DNA from: Oikopleura dioica
Taxonomy: Eukaryota; Animalia; Chordata
Direction: 5' to 3'
Length of the DNA stretch: 64,000 nucleotides
Assembly: GCA_907165135.1 (NCBI GenBank)
Contig: OU015566.1
Location: 5,890,001-5,954,000 of the forward strand
Below are positions 1 through 9,996 of the stretch, piece after piece. Position 1 is the stretch's first letter. Each line of letters starts with the position of its first letter. Below the pieces are notes generated by a model, which had not been told where the DNA came from, did not search any database, and worked only from the letters and a program-made list of their open reading frames with translations. The position numbers were made by a program, and so were the translations under genes.

Positions 1-697
1 TTCCTTTCCCTGAAATTCCCTTGACCGGCGTAGAAACAGATCTGCGCTCAACTATATGGAGCACTAGAAATTGACTTGTGTCGGGGCCAGGGCTGGTAAA
101 TTAGCGCACTATTTTCTCTCGAAGAAAAAAAAATTAGCGCACTAATTTTTTTTTAGAGACATTTTCGCGTCTTTCGCGCCTTTAGTGCACTAAAATGACA
201 CTAATTTTTCCTCTTGGGGAAATTAGTGACTTTTCGAGAGCTGATCAGCACTAAAGACGCGAAAAAAGAGGCTCTTTTTCATCATCCAATAGGCTCTTCC
301 CGGATGATAGTTTCATGGAAGACGATTTTGATCAGGGAAGAATTTCTTCAAACTGAAACTGCTAGATATATAAAAATCAATGCATCGTAAATATGACACA
401 ATTAAATTTTTAAAAAAATAACTTATTTAGTAACAAATAAGTTGAAAAGAATAAAAGTCAACTTTTGTTGGAAATTCTTTTTGTCGAGTTAAATGATGAG
501 CTAAGATAAGCTTTGCTAGGGAGGTCCTCTCCCTAATTTTTTTTATCGCAGGGCCATCCGCAGCTGCATCTTCCTGCTTTTCTTCATTTTTTGCCTTTCT
601 TCTTCTTGTCGTTGTCCGAAAACTTCTCATCGTTGTCCTCAACAGTCTCTGAAGCTAGAGCAGCCTTGACTGATACGTTCTACTTTCGTGGTCTTAA

Positions 698-1533
698 GGG
701 TGTCCCCAACGATTTTTTTAAAACAGGCTATACTTTGAGCTATTTTTTATAGAACTTCCTGAAGGCTTTTCGGCTAAAAGAAATATACTCATTATTATTT
801 AGACCCTTTTCTATGCCATTAATTTGGCAGAATTTTGAAATTGTAATCTTTTAATCCCCTACCGCTTCTTCAAAGAGTTCTGATTTTTCTATTCTGACCA
901 ATCTTTGAGATCGTTTTTCTCGAGTTCTACAAATTCAATTTTTAAATTTCGACCAGATCCTGATTCCTTGTACGCTCCTCTATGCCATAAATTTAACGGA
1001 TTTTTAAAATTTATCTGTATGCATCAGATACGATGCATTCTTTGAAGTAACGATTTTGCTGAAGTTTGAGCTCGATTCTAGCGCTGTTCCTGAAATTCAA
1101 TTTTTCTCATTTTTACAGGAATAATAGTTTGATCTATTTTCAATCTCCCGGCACGCTCAGATTTTGCGTTGATAAGACCCTTAATCCCTTTTTCCGGCGC
1201 CAAAGTGCAGGTGTTTGCGACTTTTGGCGCACTGTTTGAAAGTGAAAAATTTGTGCTATCGTATTGATATAGGTATCATTGAATAGAGAATTTTTCGAGC
1301 TCTCAGAAAATATACAGGTCGATATATAAAATCGAAAGTTTGAAAATGACACTTTTTACAGTGCATTTCTATCGAGCCGTAATGCATTAGCGCTGTCATA
1401 GAAACAGTAATATCTCGAGAATCAGATGAGATATTTCAGATCTGAAAAAGCTCTAGAATCAGCTTCCTTTAATTAACTGAAAAAATTTGGTCATCAGACT
1501 AAGATTAGTCGAATCCGATCGTTGGGGACACCC
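698..1533. mobile_element. TTAA-targeting MITE (GG...CC termini, Kolobok-like) nested in the hAT element
   Basis: TIR gggtgtccccaacga / tcgttggggacaccc flanked by TTAA at 694-697 and 1534-1537. Superfamily is inferred from RR..YY termini plus TTAA; a TA-TSD reading with one extra terminal base is also possible. Confidence 0.8.
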
Positions 1534-1640
1534 TTAAGAGCTCTTCTCAGTATCTTTATATAATTCTTTATTCATAGAATCATATTTATTTGATAATTTA
1601 GAAGGGAGGTCTCCTCCTAAATTCACGCTTACTTGATAAG

Positions 1641-3382
1641 CAGTGTTGGAAAAACCCGCCCACGACCGGAAGAAATTTCTGATTTGGCCCCGCGCCCGCC
1701 CGGGGCCCCGTACGTTGTTAAATTTTCCCCCTTCCTCGCTTTAAATTTAACGGACCCCCATTTTCCGAACTTTTACCTGCATTCACTTTTTTGTCTTACG
1801 ATCAAGTTGTAACTGTTACAGTGATCAGGGGCTCATTTGAAAGCTCGTTTTATAATGACCATATTCTGGCATAATAAGCTGTGTATCTCAATAATTAAGT
1901 ATGCATTAGAGGGCATCAAAGTGATAAATGTTCGCTATTTTTTCTCAGCCCAGTTCCTTGATTTTTTAATTTAAGGAACTTGACGGATCTTCGGGCCGTC
2001 TCAGCCCAGTTCCTTGATTTTTTTATTTAAGGGGCATGACGGCCCTTCGGGCCGTCTCAGCCCAGTTCCTTGATTTTTTTATTTAAGGAACTTGACGGAT
2101 CTTCGGGCCGTCTCAGCCCAGTTCCTTGATTTTTTTATTTAAGGGGCTTGACGGCCCTTCGGGCCGTCTCAGCCCAGTTCCTTGATTTTTTAATTTAAGG
2201 ACTTTGACGGATCTTCGGGCCGTCTCAGCCCAGTTCCTTGATTTTTTTATTTAAGGGGCATGACGGCCCTTCGGGCCGTCTCAGCCCAGTTCCTTGATTT
2301 TTTTATTTAAGGGGCTTGACGGCCCTTCGGGCCGTCTCAGCCCAGTTCCTTGATTTTTTTATTTAAGGGGCTTGACGGCCCTTCGGGCCGTCTCAGCCCA
2401 GTTCCTTGATTTTTTTATTTAAGGGGCATGACGGCCCTTCGGGCCGTCTCAGCCCAGTTCCTTGATTTTTTTATTTAAGGAACTTGACGGATCTTCGGGC
2501 CGTCTCAGCCCAGTTCCTTGATTTTTATTTAAGGGGCTTGACGGCCCTTCGGGCCGTCTCAGCCCAGTTCCTTGATTTTTATTTAAGGGGCTTGACGGCT
2601 CTTCGGGCCGTCTCAGCCCAGTTCCTTGATTTTTAATTTAAGGGCTTGACGGCCCTTCGGGCCGTCTCAGCCCAGTTCCTTGATTTTTATTTAAGGGCTT
2701 GACGGCCCTTCGGGCCGTCTCAGCCCAGTTCCTTGATTTTTATTTAAGGGCTTGACGGCCCTTCGGGCCGTCTCAGCCCAGTTCCTTGATTTTTATTTAA
2801 GGGCTTTACGGCCCTTCGGGCCGTCTCAGCCCAGTTCCTTGATTTTTATTTAAGGGGCTTGACGGCCCTTCGGGCCGTCTCAGCCCAGTTCCTTGATTTT
2901 TTAATTTAAGGGGCTTGACGGCCCTTCGGGCCGTCTCAGCCCAGTTCCTTGATTTTTTTATTTAAGGGGCTTGACGGCCCTTCGGGCCGTCTCAGCCCAG
3001 TTCCTTGATTTTTTTATTTAAGGGGCTTGACGGCCCTTCGGGCCGTCTCAGCCCAGTTCCTTGATTTTTTTATTTAAGGGGCTTGACGGCCCTTCGGGCC
3101 GTCTCAGCCCAGTTCCTTGATTTTTTTATTTAAGGGGCTTGACGGCCCTTCGGGCCGTCTCAGCCCAGTTCCTTGATTTTTTAATTTAAGGGGCTTGACG
3201 GCCCTTCGGGCCGTCTCAGCCCAGTTCCTTGATTTTTTTATTTAAGGGGCTTTTTCTGAATCCGCGGGGACTGTGGGCGCCAGGGTTACGGGCGCCCTTA
3301 ACCCCCCGGGCGCCCACGGGCGCGGAAATCTGCGGGGCCCCCGCCCGCGCCCGCGGAAAATGTTGCGGGTTTTCCAACACTG
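1641..3382. mobile_element. Second hAT-type non-autonomous element carrying a hairpin tandem array
   Basis: TIR cagtgttggaaaaacccgc / gcgggttttccaacactg; 8-bp TSD ttgataag (1633-1640) / ttgataac (3383-3390), one mismatch. Confidence 0.85.
1944..3251. repeat. Tandem array of ~23 copies of a 56-59 bp unit containing a gacggccc-ttc-gggccgtc hairpin
   Basis: Unit ctcagcccagttccttgat(t)n(a/t)atttaaggggcttgacggcccttcgggccgt read directly; variant units (aaggaacttgacggatc) interspersed in the first half. Confidence 0.97.
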
Positions 3383-4189
3383 TTGATAACTGCTTATGAA
3401 GAACTCCTCCCAAAGATTTTTTTAGTTTTCTAGGATATAGGCTATCATATAGCATTGTAAGTTTTTTGAGTAAAATGTATTGGGAGGAAATCTGCTTTCT
3501 GAATTACAAGGTTAGCATGATTTTGGGAGAAGATCTCCCTTCTGAATTATAAAATAAATTTGATTTTGTTAATAAAGAATTATATCAACAATTCGCACAA
3601 GGCTGCTCCAGCTGCAGACTTTTGAGGACACCGAAATTAGTCGAACAACGACAAGAAGAAGATTGACAAGAAAAGGAAAAAGCAGGAAGAACAAGCTGCG
3701 GATGGCCCTTCAATAAAAAAAATAAGGGAGAAGACCTCCCTTAGAAAGCTAATCTTAGGCTAATTAAATTATAAAGGCTAATTAAATTATATTAAAATTA
3801 ACGCCCTCGATTACCCTATCCACTTTATTGAAACCAAACTTTTTGAAATTCTAATATTAGCGAAGTTTGAAATTCTCAAACTTACGTATTTTTTAGAATT
3901 AAAGAGCCCGCAATCATTGGCGGGCCAATCAGCAGCCCTTATTTTCGACATTTTTCGAGACACACGCGAAAGAGACGCGAAAGTCACTAAAGTCTCGACA
4001 AAATAAATTCGCGCACAAATTTTAGTGCACTAAAAATTTTCGACAGATTTTAGGACGCGAATTTACCAGCCCTGGTCGGGGCAATCGTCAAAAATGGAAG
4101 TCGCGGAGCGACTTTGTTGTCAAATAAATTTTGAAAAATTTTTTAATAATTTTGATGAGTGTAAGTCCTTGTTGATTTCATTACGCCGA

Positions 4190-4470
4190 AACAAGCCAAC
4201 TTCCAGGCTTCAATAAGTGAACCCCTTTTTAACCCTCTGTTGACGCAACTGTACGCGCAGGGGCGTTTCAACCCCACCAGAAGATCTCTCCTCGCCTACC
4301 TACTTTCGACGGAGGGGGCGATCGGGTCATCAATCGACCAGTGCGGGGAGCGCTTTCCCTACCCGGCCCAGGGATAAGAATCAAAAACGAGGAACCCGGT
4401 GGCCCGCTGAGACTAACATTCAGGAAGTGATCCACTTCCCGAATTCCTCAGAGGGACGTTGGGCTCTTGG
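4190..4470 (-). ncRNA. Candidate structured non-coding RNA (unassigned; partial resemblance to RNase MRP RNA)
   Basis: GC-rich island in AT-rich DNA. On the minus strand: 11-bp helix gaggaattcgg/ccgggttcctc with two G-U pairs, hairpin ggaagtg-gat-cacttcc, long-range ccctctg/cagaggg, and the motifs agggaaagcgctcccc and aaaaggggttcactt. No convincing ORF. Confidence 0.35.
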
Positions 4471-4576
4471 AATGAATTTAGAGGAGTAATCCCGTATTTT
4501 TAACCACAGAAGAGGACGAGTACAGGACAAGCCCGTACATATCACGCGATATACAATGAAATGTAAAGGAGCGTTT

Positions 4577-5727
4577 TTACTCTTCTGCTTCTTGGGCGCG
4601 GAGGAAGGAGGCCTTGACTTGGGCAACACGGGCTCGTCGCTGGGCGTAGCTGAAAGAAGAAAAGTTAGCGAGATGAAGGAAGGAAGGAAGGTATTTTACC
4701 TGATCTTGGCTCGGTTCCATCGCTTCTTGTCGACGGTCTTCTCGACCTTAGCCTTGGGGGCGGGGTCAGCTCGGATAGCAGCGTGGGCCTTGCTGTACAT
4801 CTCCTCGATGTTCTCGGAGTTGATGCCGGCCTGGAAATCAAAATAATAAGAAGATAATAGGCAGGAAATTACCTTGATGAATCGAGAGAACTGTCGCTTG
4901 AAAGCTTCCTCGTTCTCCTCCTCGAGCTTCTCCATGTAGTCACCAACGTGGCCACCGAAGATGTGGTCTTTGTGGACCTCGGCGTTGAGCTTGCCGTCGG
5001 CGAATCCGGGGAATCGCTACGAAGAAACGGTTAGAGCGTGAAATCAAGGAAGAGAGTTTGCTTACCTTGGGGCTGTGGGGGATGTCGAGACCAGCATCAG
5101 CGGCACCCTTGAGGACACCGAAGATTCGGGCACCAGTGGAGGTTCGGGCCAAACCAGTGTCCAAGTAGCATCGGAAGGAAGCCTTCTCGCCGGCGTCAGC
5201 CTCCTCGTAGAACTCGTCTCCGTCGACCTCGATCTGGCCTTCGTACATGGAGTCAAGACCGAACTTCTGGAGGACTCGTCGGCCGATCAAGAGACCGACG
5301 GCGTAGGCAGCGGAGTAGTTGGTCAAACCAACGGTGATGCCGTATCGTGGGAGTTCGTGGGCATAGGCGGAGGTGACGATGACGTCTCCCTGGAGCCGGG
5401 CGTAGGCGATCTGCGCGATGATGTCCTGGAAATTGGGTTGAAAAATGAATTCATGAGTCATGAACATAAAATTAAAATTCAAAGAATGGCCGCGCAGAGG
5501 TCCAAATATAGAGAAAAGCTAACCTTGTTGGTGATTCGGACAACAAGTCGGTACTTAGGGGTGTTGTACTTGTTCTTGTCCTGGACACAGAGTCGCTTTC
5601 GGGCGAAGTAGTCGGTCTTTCCCTCTCGTCGTCTCTTGAACTTTGGCTGGTATCGCTTGAAGTAGGCCTTGTTCTTCTGGACCTTGACGAAGGCTCCCTT
5701 CGAACGTCCGCGTCCTTTCTTGGCCAT
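4577..5727 (-). CDS. RPL5: 60S ribosomal protein L5 (uL18), 5 exons
   Basis: Exons 5727-5524, 5425-5066, 5016-4873, 4830-4700, 4649-4577 with GT-AG introns. Hallmark peptides [66 protein letters not shown]. Confidence 0.98.
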
Positions 5728-5889
5728 GTTGGATTAGAGTCGATTCAACAAAGGTCTGAAAAGAAAGAAGGATGAGAAACGGGCTTTCTGAACGCTTGAC
5801 CACGGGGTGGCAGGACCGATGTTTCTTTCAAGTGACAAAGTTGTTAAAAATTGATCAGGAAAGAGATCGGTATGAGCCGATTTCCATTT

Positions 5890-6419
5890 TTAGTCGAAGA
5901 GACCGAATCCCATGTCGTCGTCTCCTGAGTCTTCAGAAGACTCGGCCTTGGCCTCTTCCTTGGTCTCCTCTGCAGCTTCAGCACCAGCGGCGGCTCCACC
6001 AGCAGCGACGGCGCCACCAGTGGGAACAGACGCGAGCTTCTCTTTGCCCTCGGCGATCACCTCGTTGATGTCCTTTCCGGAGAGCTGGGAGATCACAAGA
6101 GAAAGCTTCTCTTCGTCGGCGTCGATGCCAACGCTAGAATTCGGAAATTAATGGAGGGATAATGAGAAGGGGTAATTGAAATAATGAAATAAAAAGCCGC
6201 GTAGCGGCTTCACTACAAGCTTTTGACTCGAAATTTCTTTTCTTAGAAAGCGCGTAGGGACTATTTCTTTGTAGGAGATACCAAAAGAAAATTTTTGATT
6301 CAAAATTTCTTGAAAAAAGGAAGAAATCTTTACCTGGAGAGGATGCTCTTGATGTTGTCAGCAGAAGGAGAGTCATTACCGCCAAGTTGAGCCAAAAGGT
6401 AAGCAGCGACGTAACGCAT
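5890..6419 (-). CDS. RPLP2: 60S acidic ribosomal protein P2, 2 exons
   Basis: Exon 1 6419-6334 [15 protein letters not shown]; exon 2 6133-5890 with Ala-rich hinge and C-terminal [17 protein letters not shown]. Confidence 0.97.
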
Positions 6420-6541
6420 GATTTAAGCCGAAGCACGAAACTCGTCTGAACCTGATAAATTTAATTCCGTTTCTTTTCCAAAATAATTTTCTGTCTCTTC
6501 GGGCAGTTTTCTGAATAAACGAACGAGAACATCTCTAATTA

Positions 6542-8537
6542 TCAGTCAAACGAACTTTCTTCGCTGGCAGAGCTCCAAAAATCCGACAATTTCGGCTGCT
6601 TTTTGCGTTTTTCTCTCGAAATCGTAGATTTACTCGGTTTTTGCTGCTTCTCACGGGGTCTCGTGGAGCTGGACTCTCCGCGCTGACTGGGCGGCGCGCG
6701 GCCAATCAAATCGACGACTGAGGGCTGCGAGGCGTCAGGGCGCGTCTTTTTCGAATTTGAAGTTGAATTCAATGACTCATTCGGAATTCGAGAAAATGAA
6801 ATCTCTGAGAAGCTTTCAAACTTTTGTTTCTTGAACCCTTCCTCACTCCCTTTCCGTTTCTTAGGATTTTCTTTCTCCACCTCTTTCTTCTTTTTCTTTT
6901 CCGGCTCTAAAATTTAATTGAGTGCATTCTAATACAGTCAAAACGCACAATTCCGGAACTTTTTTTTTCAGCGAAAATGGCAAAATCTCCGGAATTGTGC
7001 GGATTTTCGATAACAAATTTTTCTCCTCTCAAAAAATCTGATTTTATGGGGTCATGCTCACTATGGCCGAGCCTCGAGGCTGAAACCGAGTTTTCGAGGT
7101 TTTCTCCTTTGAAAATGCCATGAAAAAGCAAAGATTTCATAAAACGGACATTCTCTTTACAGAAAAACATGAAAAAACCAAAAACACAAGCTGAGATTCC
7201 ACGTATTTCTCTTATAAAATGCCCGAAGTTCGATTTTTTCTCGAAAATCTCCGGAATGGTGTGATTCAAAATTTTTTCGCCCACCCCTTAATCTCCGGAA
7301 TTGTGCGTTCCGGAATTGTGCGTTTTGACTGTAAGTAAAATTAACAAATTCTTCTTGCTATTACATACCGGCTACTTTGATGAATTCTCCATTGCAAGTC
7401 GCTTGATGCTGGCTCCACCATCTATCGTTTTTGCCCGGCTTTCTGTTTGCTTAAAAGATGACCATCAAATGCAGTAACTTTCAAGCTGAATAAGTACCAG
7501 TTCTCCGAATCCAGCCGAAATAGGGTCTCCTATCTCTGCAAGGCCCGTTGCACCGCCAAACATGCTGTTTGTAAAAGTTGGACTCGTCGTGCCAGTCGTG
7601 GTAAATGGTGATGTTCGTCTTTGCCGCCTGGTTGATTCTAGCGCTGTGGGCTTGGAACCGTGGTCCGTGACCGTCGCGGTCTCGATCATCGTGAGTGACG
7701 AACAAAAACGCGTGGATCATTTCGTGGATGAGCGTGTTGACCAGATCCCCGCGCGAACGGAGCTTGAGAAGCGGCTCGGAAAGGCGGATGATGCAGCTTT
7801 CTGCGTTTCCACGGCGTTGGTAGTAGCAGATTCCAGCGCAAGTGTACATTCGTTTGCTCCACTCGAGTTGGACGATTCCTAGCGCGCCCCAGAAGAAACG
7901 ATCGCTACAATTTTATTATATATTATAATTTATAATCGAGAAAAGAAAGCCGCGCAGCTGCTTTTTCTTCAATCAGAATTGCCTCAAAAAAGCCGCATTG
8001 CGGCTTTTTCTATTTGAGATTTTCTACTGCTGTTTTTAGACCTCAAAAAGCCGCTTTATCTGGCTTTTTGTGAATGAAGCCGCTCTGCGGCTTTACAGAA
8101 AAGTACCTAAAGTGTTGAAAAAGCTCGTGAATATTCGGATTCGGGTCCAAAATTTCCCACTGCGGATCATTGAGTCGGTTGTTCAAATGCGGCGCCATCG
8201 AAACATACACATTCGCCCCCAAGTTCTTCTCCGAAAAGAACGCCTGAGGCTTGTGAAGGAGTTTGCCCCGCGGCGACTGGAGCGGAAGTGCCTCGGGCGA
8301 GAGGACGAAAGAGGCCTGAAGCTCGCGGGCGAGTTTTTCGTCTTCGGAAACGAGCGATTTTAGAGAATTGTACAGTTTTTCCTGGCTGGAGTTTTGTTCG
8401 CCAGCGAGTTGGAGGGCCAGTTCGAAGTCTTTTTGTCGGATATATTTATAAAATATCGAGCAAAAAAAACTTTCTTTTACTAATTTGAAAATGGCTTCTA
8501 TTTTCACTACTTTCAGGAAGCGATTGAGATTTGACAT
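6542..8537 (-). CDS. SPRTN: Spartan/SprT-like zinc metalloprotease with C-terminal PIP box (multi-exon)
   Basis: Exons encode WEILDPNPNIHELF, LEWSKRMYTCAGIC, IRLSEPLLKLRSRGDLVNTLIHEMIHAFLF (HExxH), DRDGHGPRF, HVWRCNGPC, NDRWWSQHQATCNGEFIKV; last exon ends KQPKLSDFW (PIP-box consensus). Start and some junctions are approximate. Confidence 0.85.
6935..7331. mobile_element. Tc1/mariner-type MITE in a SPRTN intron
   Basis: TIR cagtcaaaacgcacaattccgga / tccggaattgtgcgttttgactg flanked by TA. Confidence 0.88.
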
Positions 8538-8568
8538 CGCTAGAATTGGCGATTATTTTCCAAAAATA

Positions 8569-8640
8569 AGGGGACACCCGGGTTTGAACCGGGGACCTCT
8601 CGATCTGCAGTCGAATGCTCTACCACTGAGCTATATCCCC
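8569..8640 (-). tRNA. tRNA-Cys (GCA)
   Basis: Reverse complement ggggatatagctcagtggtagagcattcgactgcagatcgagaggtccccggttcaaacccgggtgtcccct; intact A/B boxes; TTTTT terminator. Confidence 0.97.
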
Positions 8641-8757
8641 ACGGCAATTGCCATTATAAAATCGCGATTTGAAGTGATCTCGTGGAAGCCGGACATCTGT
8701 TGTGTCAACAACCCTCGAGATGGCTTCTTATGCGATAATAGACATGGCAACATCCGT

Positions 8758-8829
8758 GGGGATATAGCTCAGTGGTAGAGCATTCGACTGCAGATCGAGA
8801 GGTCCCCGGTTCAAACCCGGGTGTCCCCT
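8758..8829 (+). tRNA. tRNA-Cys (GCA), identical inverted copy
   Basis: Same 72-nt sequence on the plus strand followed by TATTTTT. Confidence 0.97.
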
Positions 8830-8854
8830 TATTTTTGGAAAACAATCGCCAATT

Positions 8855-9623
8855 CTAGCGATCAAATCCGAATTCTTCAGAAAAATCAATCTTATCCAGT
8901 CCTTTGTCTTCTCGAATGGACCTCTCGAAATTTTCCTTTTCATTTTCTTCATCATCAAACTGTTTTTGAAGCTTTTTCATGGCTTATGATTTTTTCATAA
9001 AAAAAAAATTTATTGAAGAAAATCTTAGAGCCAGTTCCTGAAGCAAATAATTTCTTTCCGCTTCTTCGGCCGTGAAATTATTGGAAGATTCATCATCAGA
9101 CTCTCCAGAGCTAATCAGTATCGCGGTAGAAGTCGACGGTTTTTCATGACGATTCGAATTTGGTTTTCTCTTCTTTGATTTCGGCTGTGGCAGGGATGCT
9201 TGGTCTTCGTCGGAAATTACTTTTAGGGGTTTTAGAAATCGACCAATAAGAACTATCGCGCAGAGCCTACGCTAAAACCCTTGACAATCGATTCATCATG
9301 GAATTTTCCCTCCTTTTTCAGCGTCAAAGTCACTTTCTTTCGACCAAGAAAGAGCTTCTCTATTTTCTTCGTCAGATTTTTATCCATTTTTGCTCGTTTT
9401 AAAACTCATTCCCGATGAAAACAGGATGTTAAATCGGCGTGGAATTCTCTCGAAGATGTGATGAAATCGCGGATAATCTGATTGGTGGAGGAAAGTCTTC
9501 AAGATTTCTTAGACGAAAGCGCAATCGCGGAGGTTGACGGACCTGGACCTCTGACTCACATGATTGAAATGATGATAAAATGAATCTTTTTAAGACATCT
9601 AATAATTTTTTTTTCGACAACAT
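8855..9623 (-). CDS. Unknown charged, low-complexity protein (multi-exon, tentative)
   Basis: Minus-strand coding-like blocks (MDKNLTKKIEKLFLGRKKV; KVISDEDQASLPQPKSKKRK; KQFDDEENEKENFERSIREDKGLDKIDFSEEFGFDR-TAG). No recognisable domain. Confidence 0.4.
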
Positions 9624-9996
9624 AGAAAAAGAAGGATTTTTTTGAATAGAATCATTTTTTTAATAAAGATATTGTCAATCATTATTATTTCATCTTGTTG
9701 TCATTCTTGAAGGCGCAAAAAAGTTAACCGATCATAAATAGGATAGCAATCAGAAAAACCAAACTGCCCAAAATCATGCATCAAAAAAGCAGAGTATCAA
9801 GTTAAAAGGCAAGACTTGTAACCACATTCCCAGCAAGATCATCCGATTTCCACATTTTTCCCGATTTTGACCGCTAAATGCGCAAAATTATACCAATAAG
9901 CAACTCAAAATTACCAATTTCATTCGTATATAAATCGTTTTTTCATGTTTTTTACTCAGAGGTCGATAAGGTCTCCGCAGTTTTTCAGAAAAAAAA

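Larger units (their letters stand above)
88..4074. mobile_element. Non-autonomous hAT-type DNA transposon (outer element of a nest)
   Basis: TIR cagggctggtaaatt at 88 / aatttaccagccctg ending 4074; perfect 8-bp TSD gtcggggc at 80-87 and 4075-4082; further subterminal inverted homology (~515-590 vs ~3680-3750); no transposase ORF. 8-bp TSD with CAG termini is the established hAT signature. Confidence 0.9.

Noticed and set aside
1944-3251. CRISPR array
   Set aside because: Palindromic repeats, but the intervening sequences are near-identical rather than unique spacers; no cas genes; eukaryotic context.
4222-4240. Telomerase RNA template (ttaaccct)
   Set aside because: Only 7 nt match the CCCTAA register, short of the ~1.5 repeats expected, and G-U asymmetry favours the opposite strand.
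4330-4420. U3 snoRNA, group I intron or hammerhead signatures
   Set aside because: Isolated short motifs (ttgatga, gagacta, cgaaa) without the required partner boxes or stems in the right order.
5075-6151. Plus-strand ORFs 5075-5611, 5772-6068, 5912-6151
   Set aside because: Antisense shadows of RPL5 and RPLP2 coding sequence.
8485-8958. ORFs 8485-8778(+) and 8728-8958(-) with a shared peptide
   Set aside because: They are translations of the antisense strand of the two tRNA-Cys genes.
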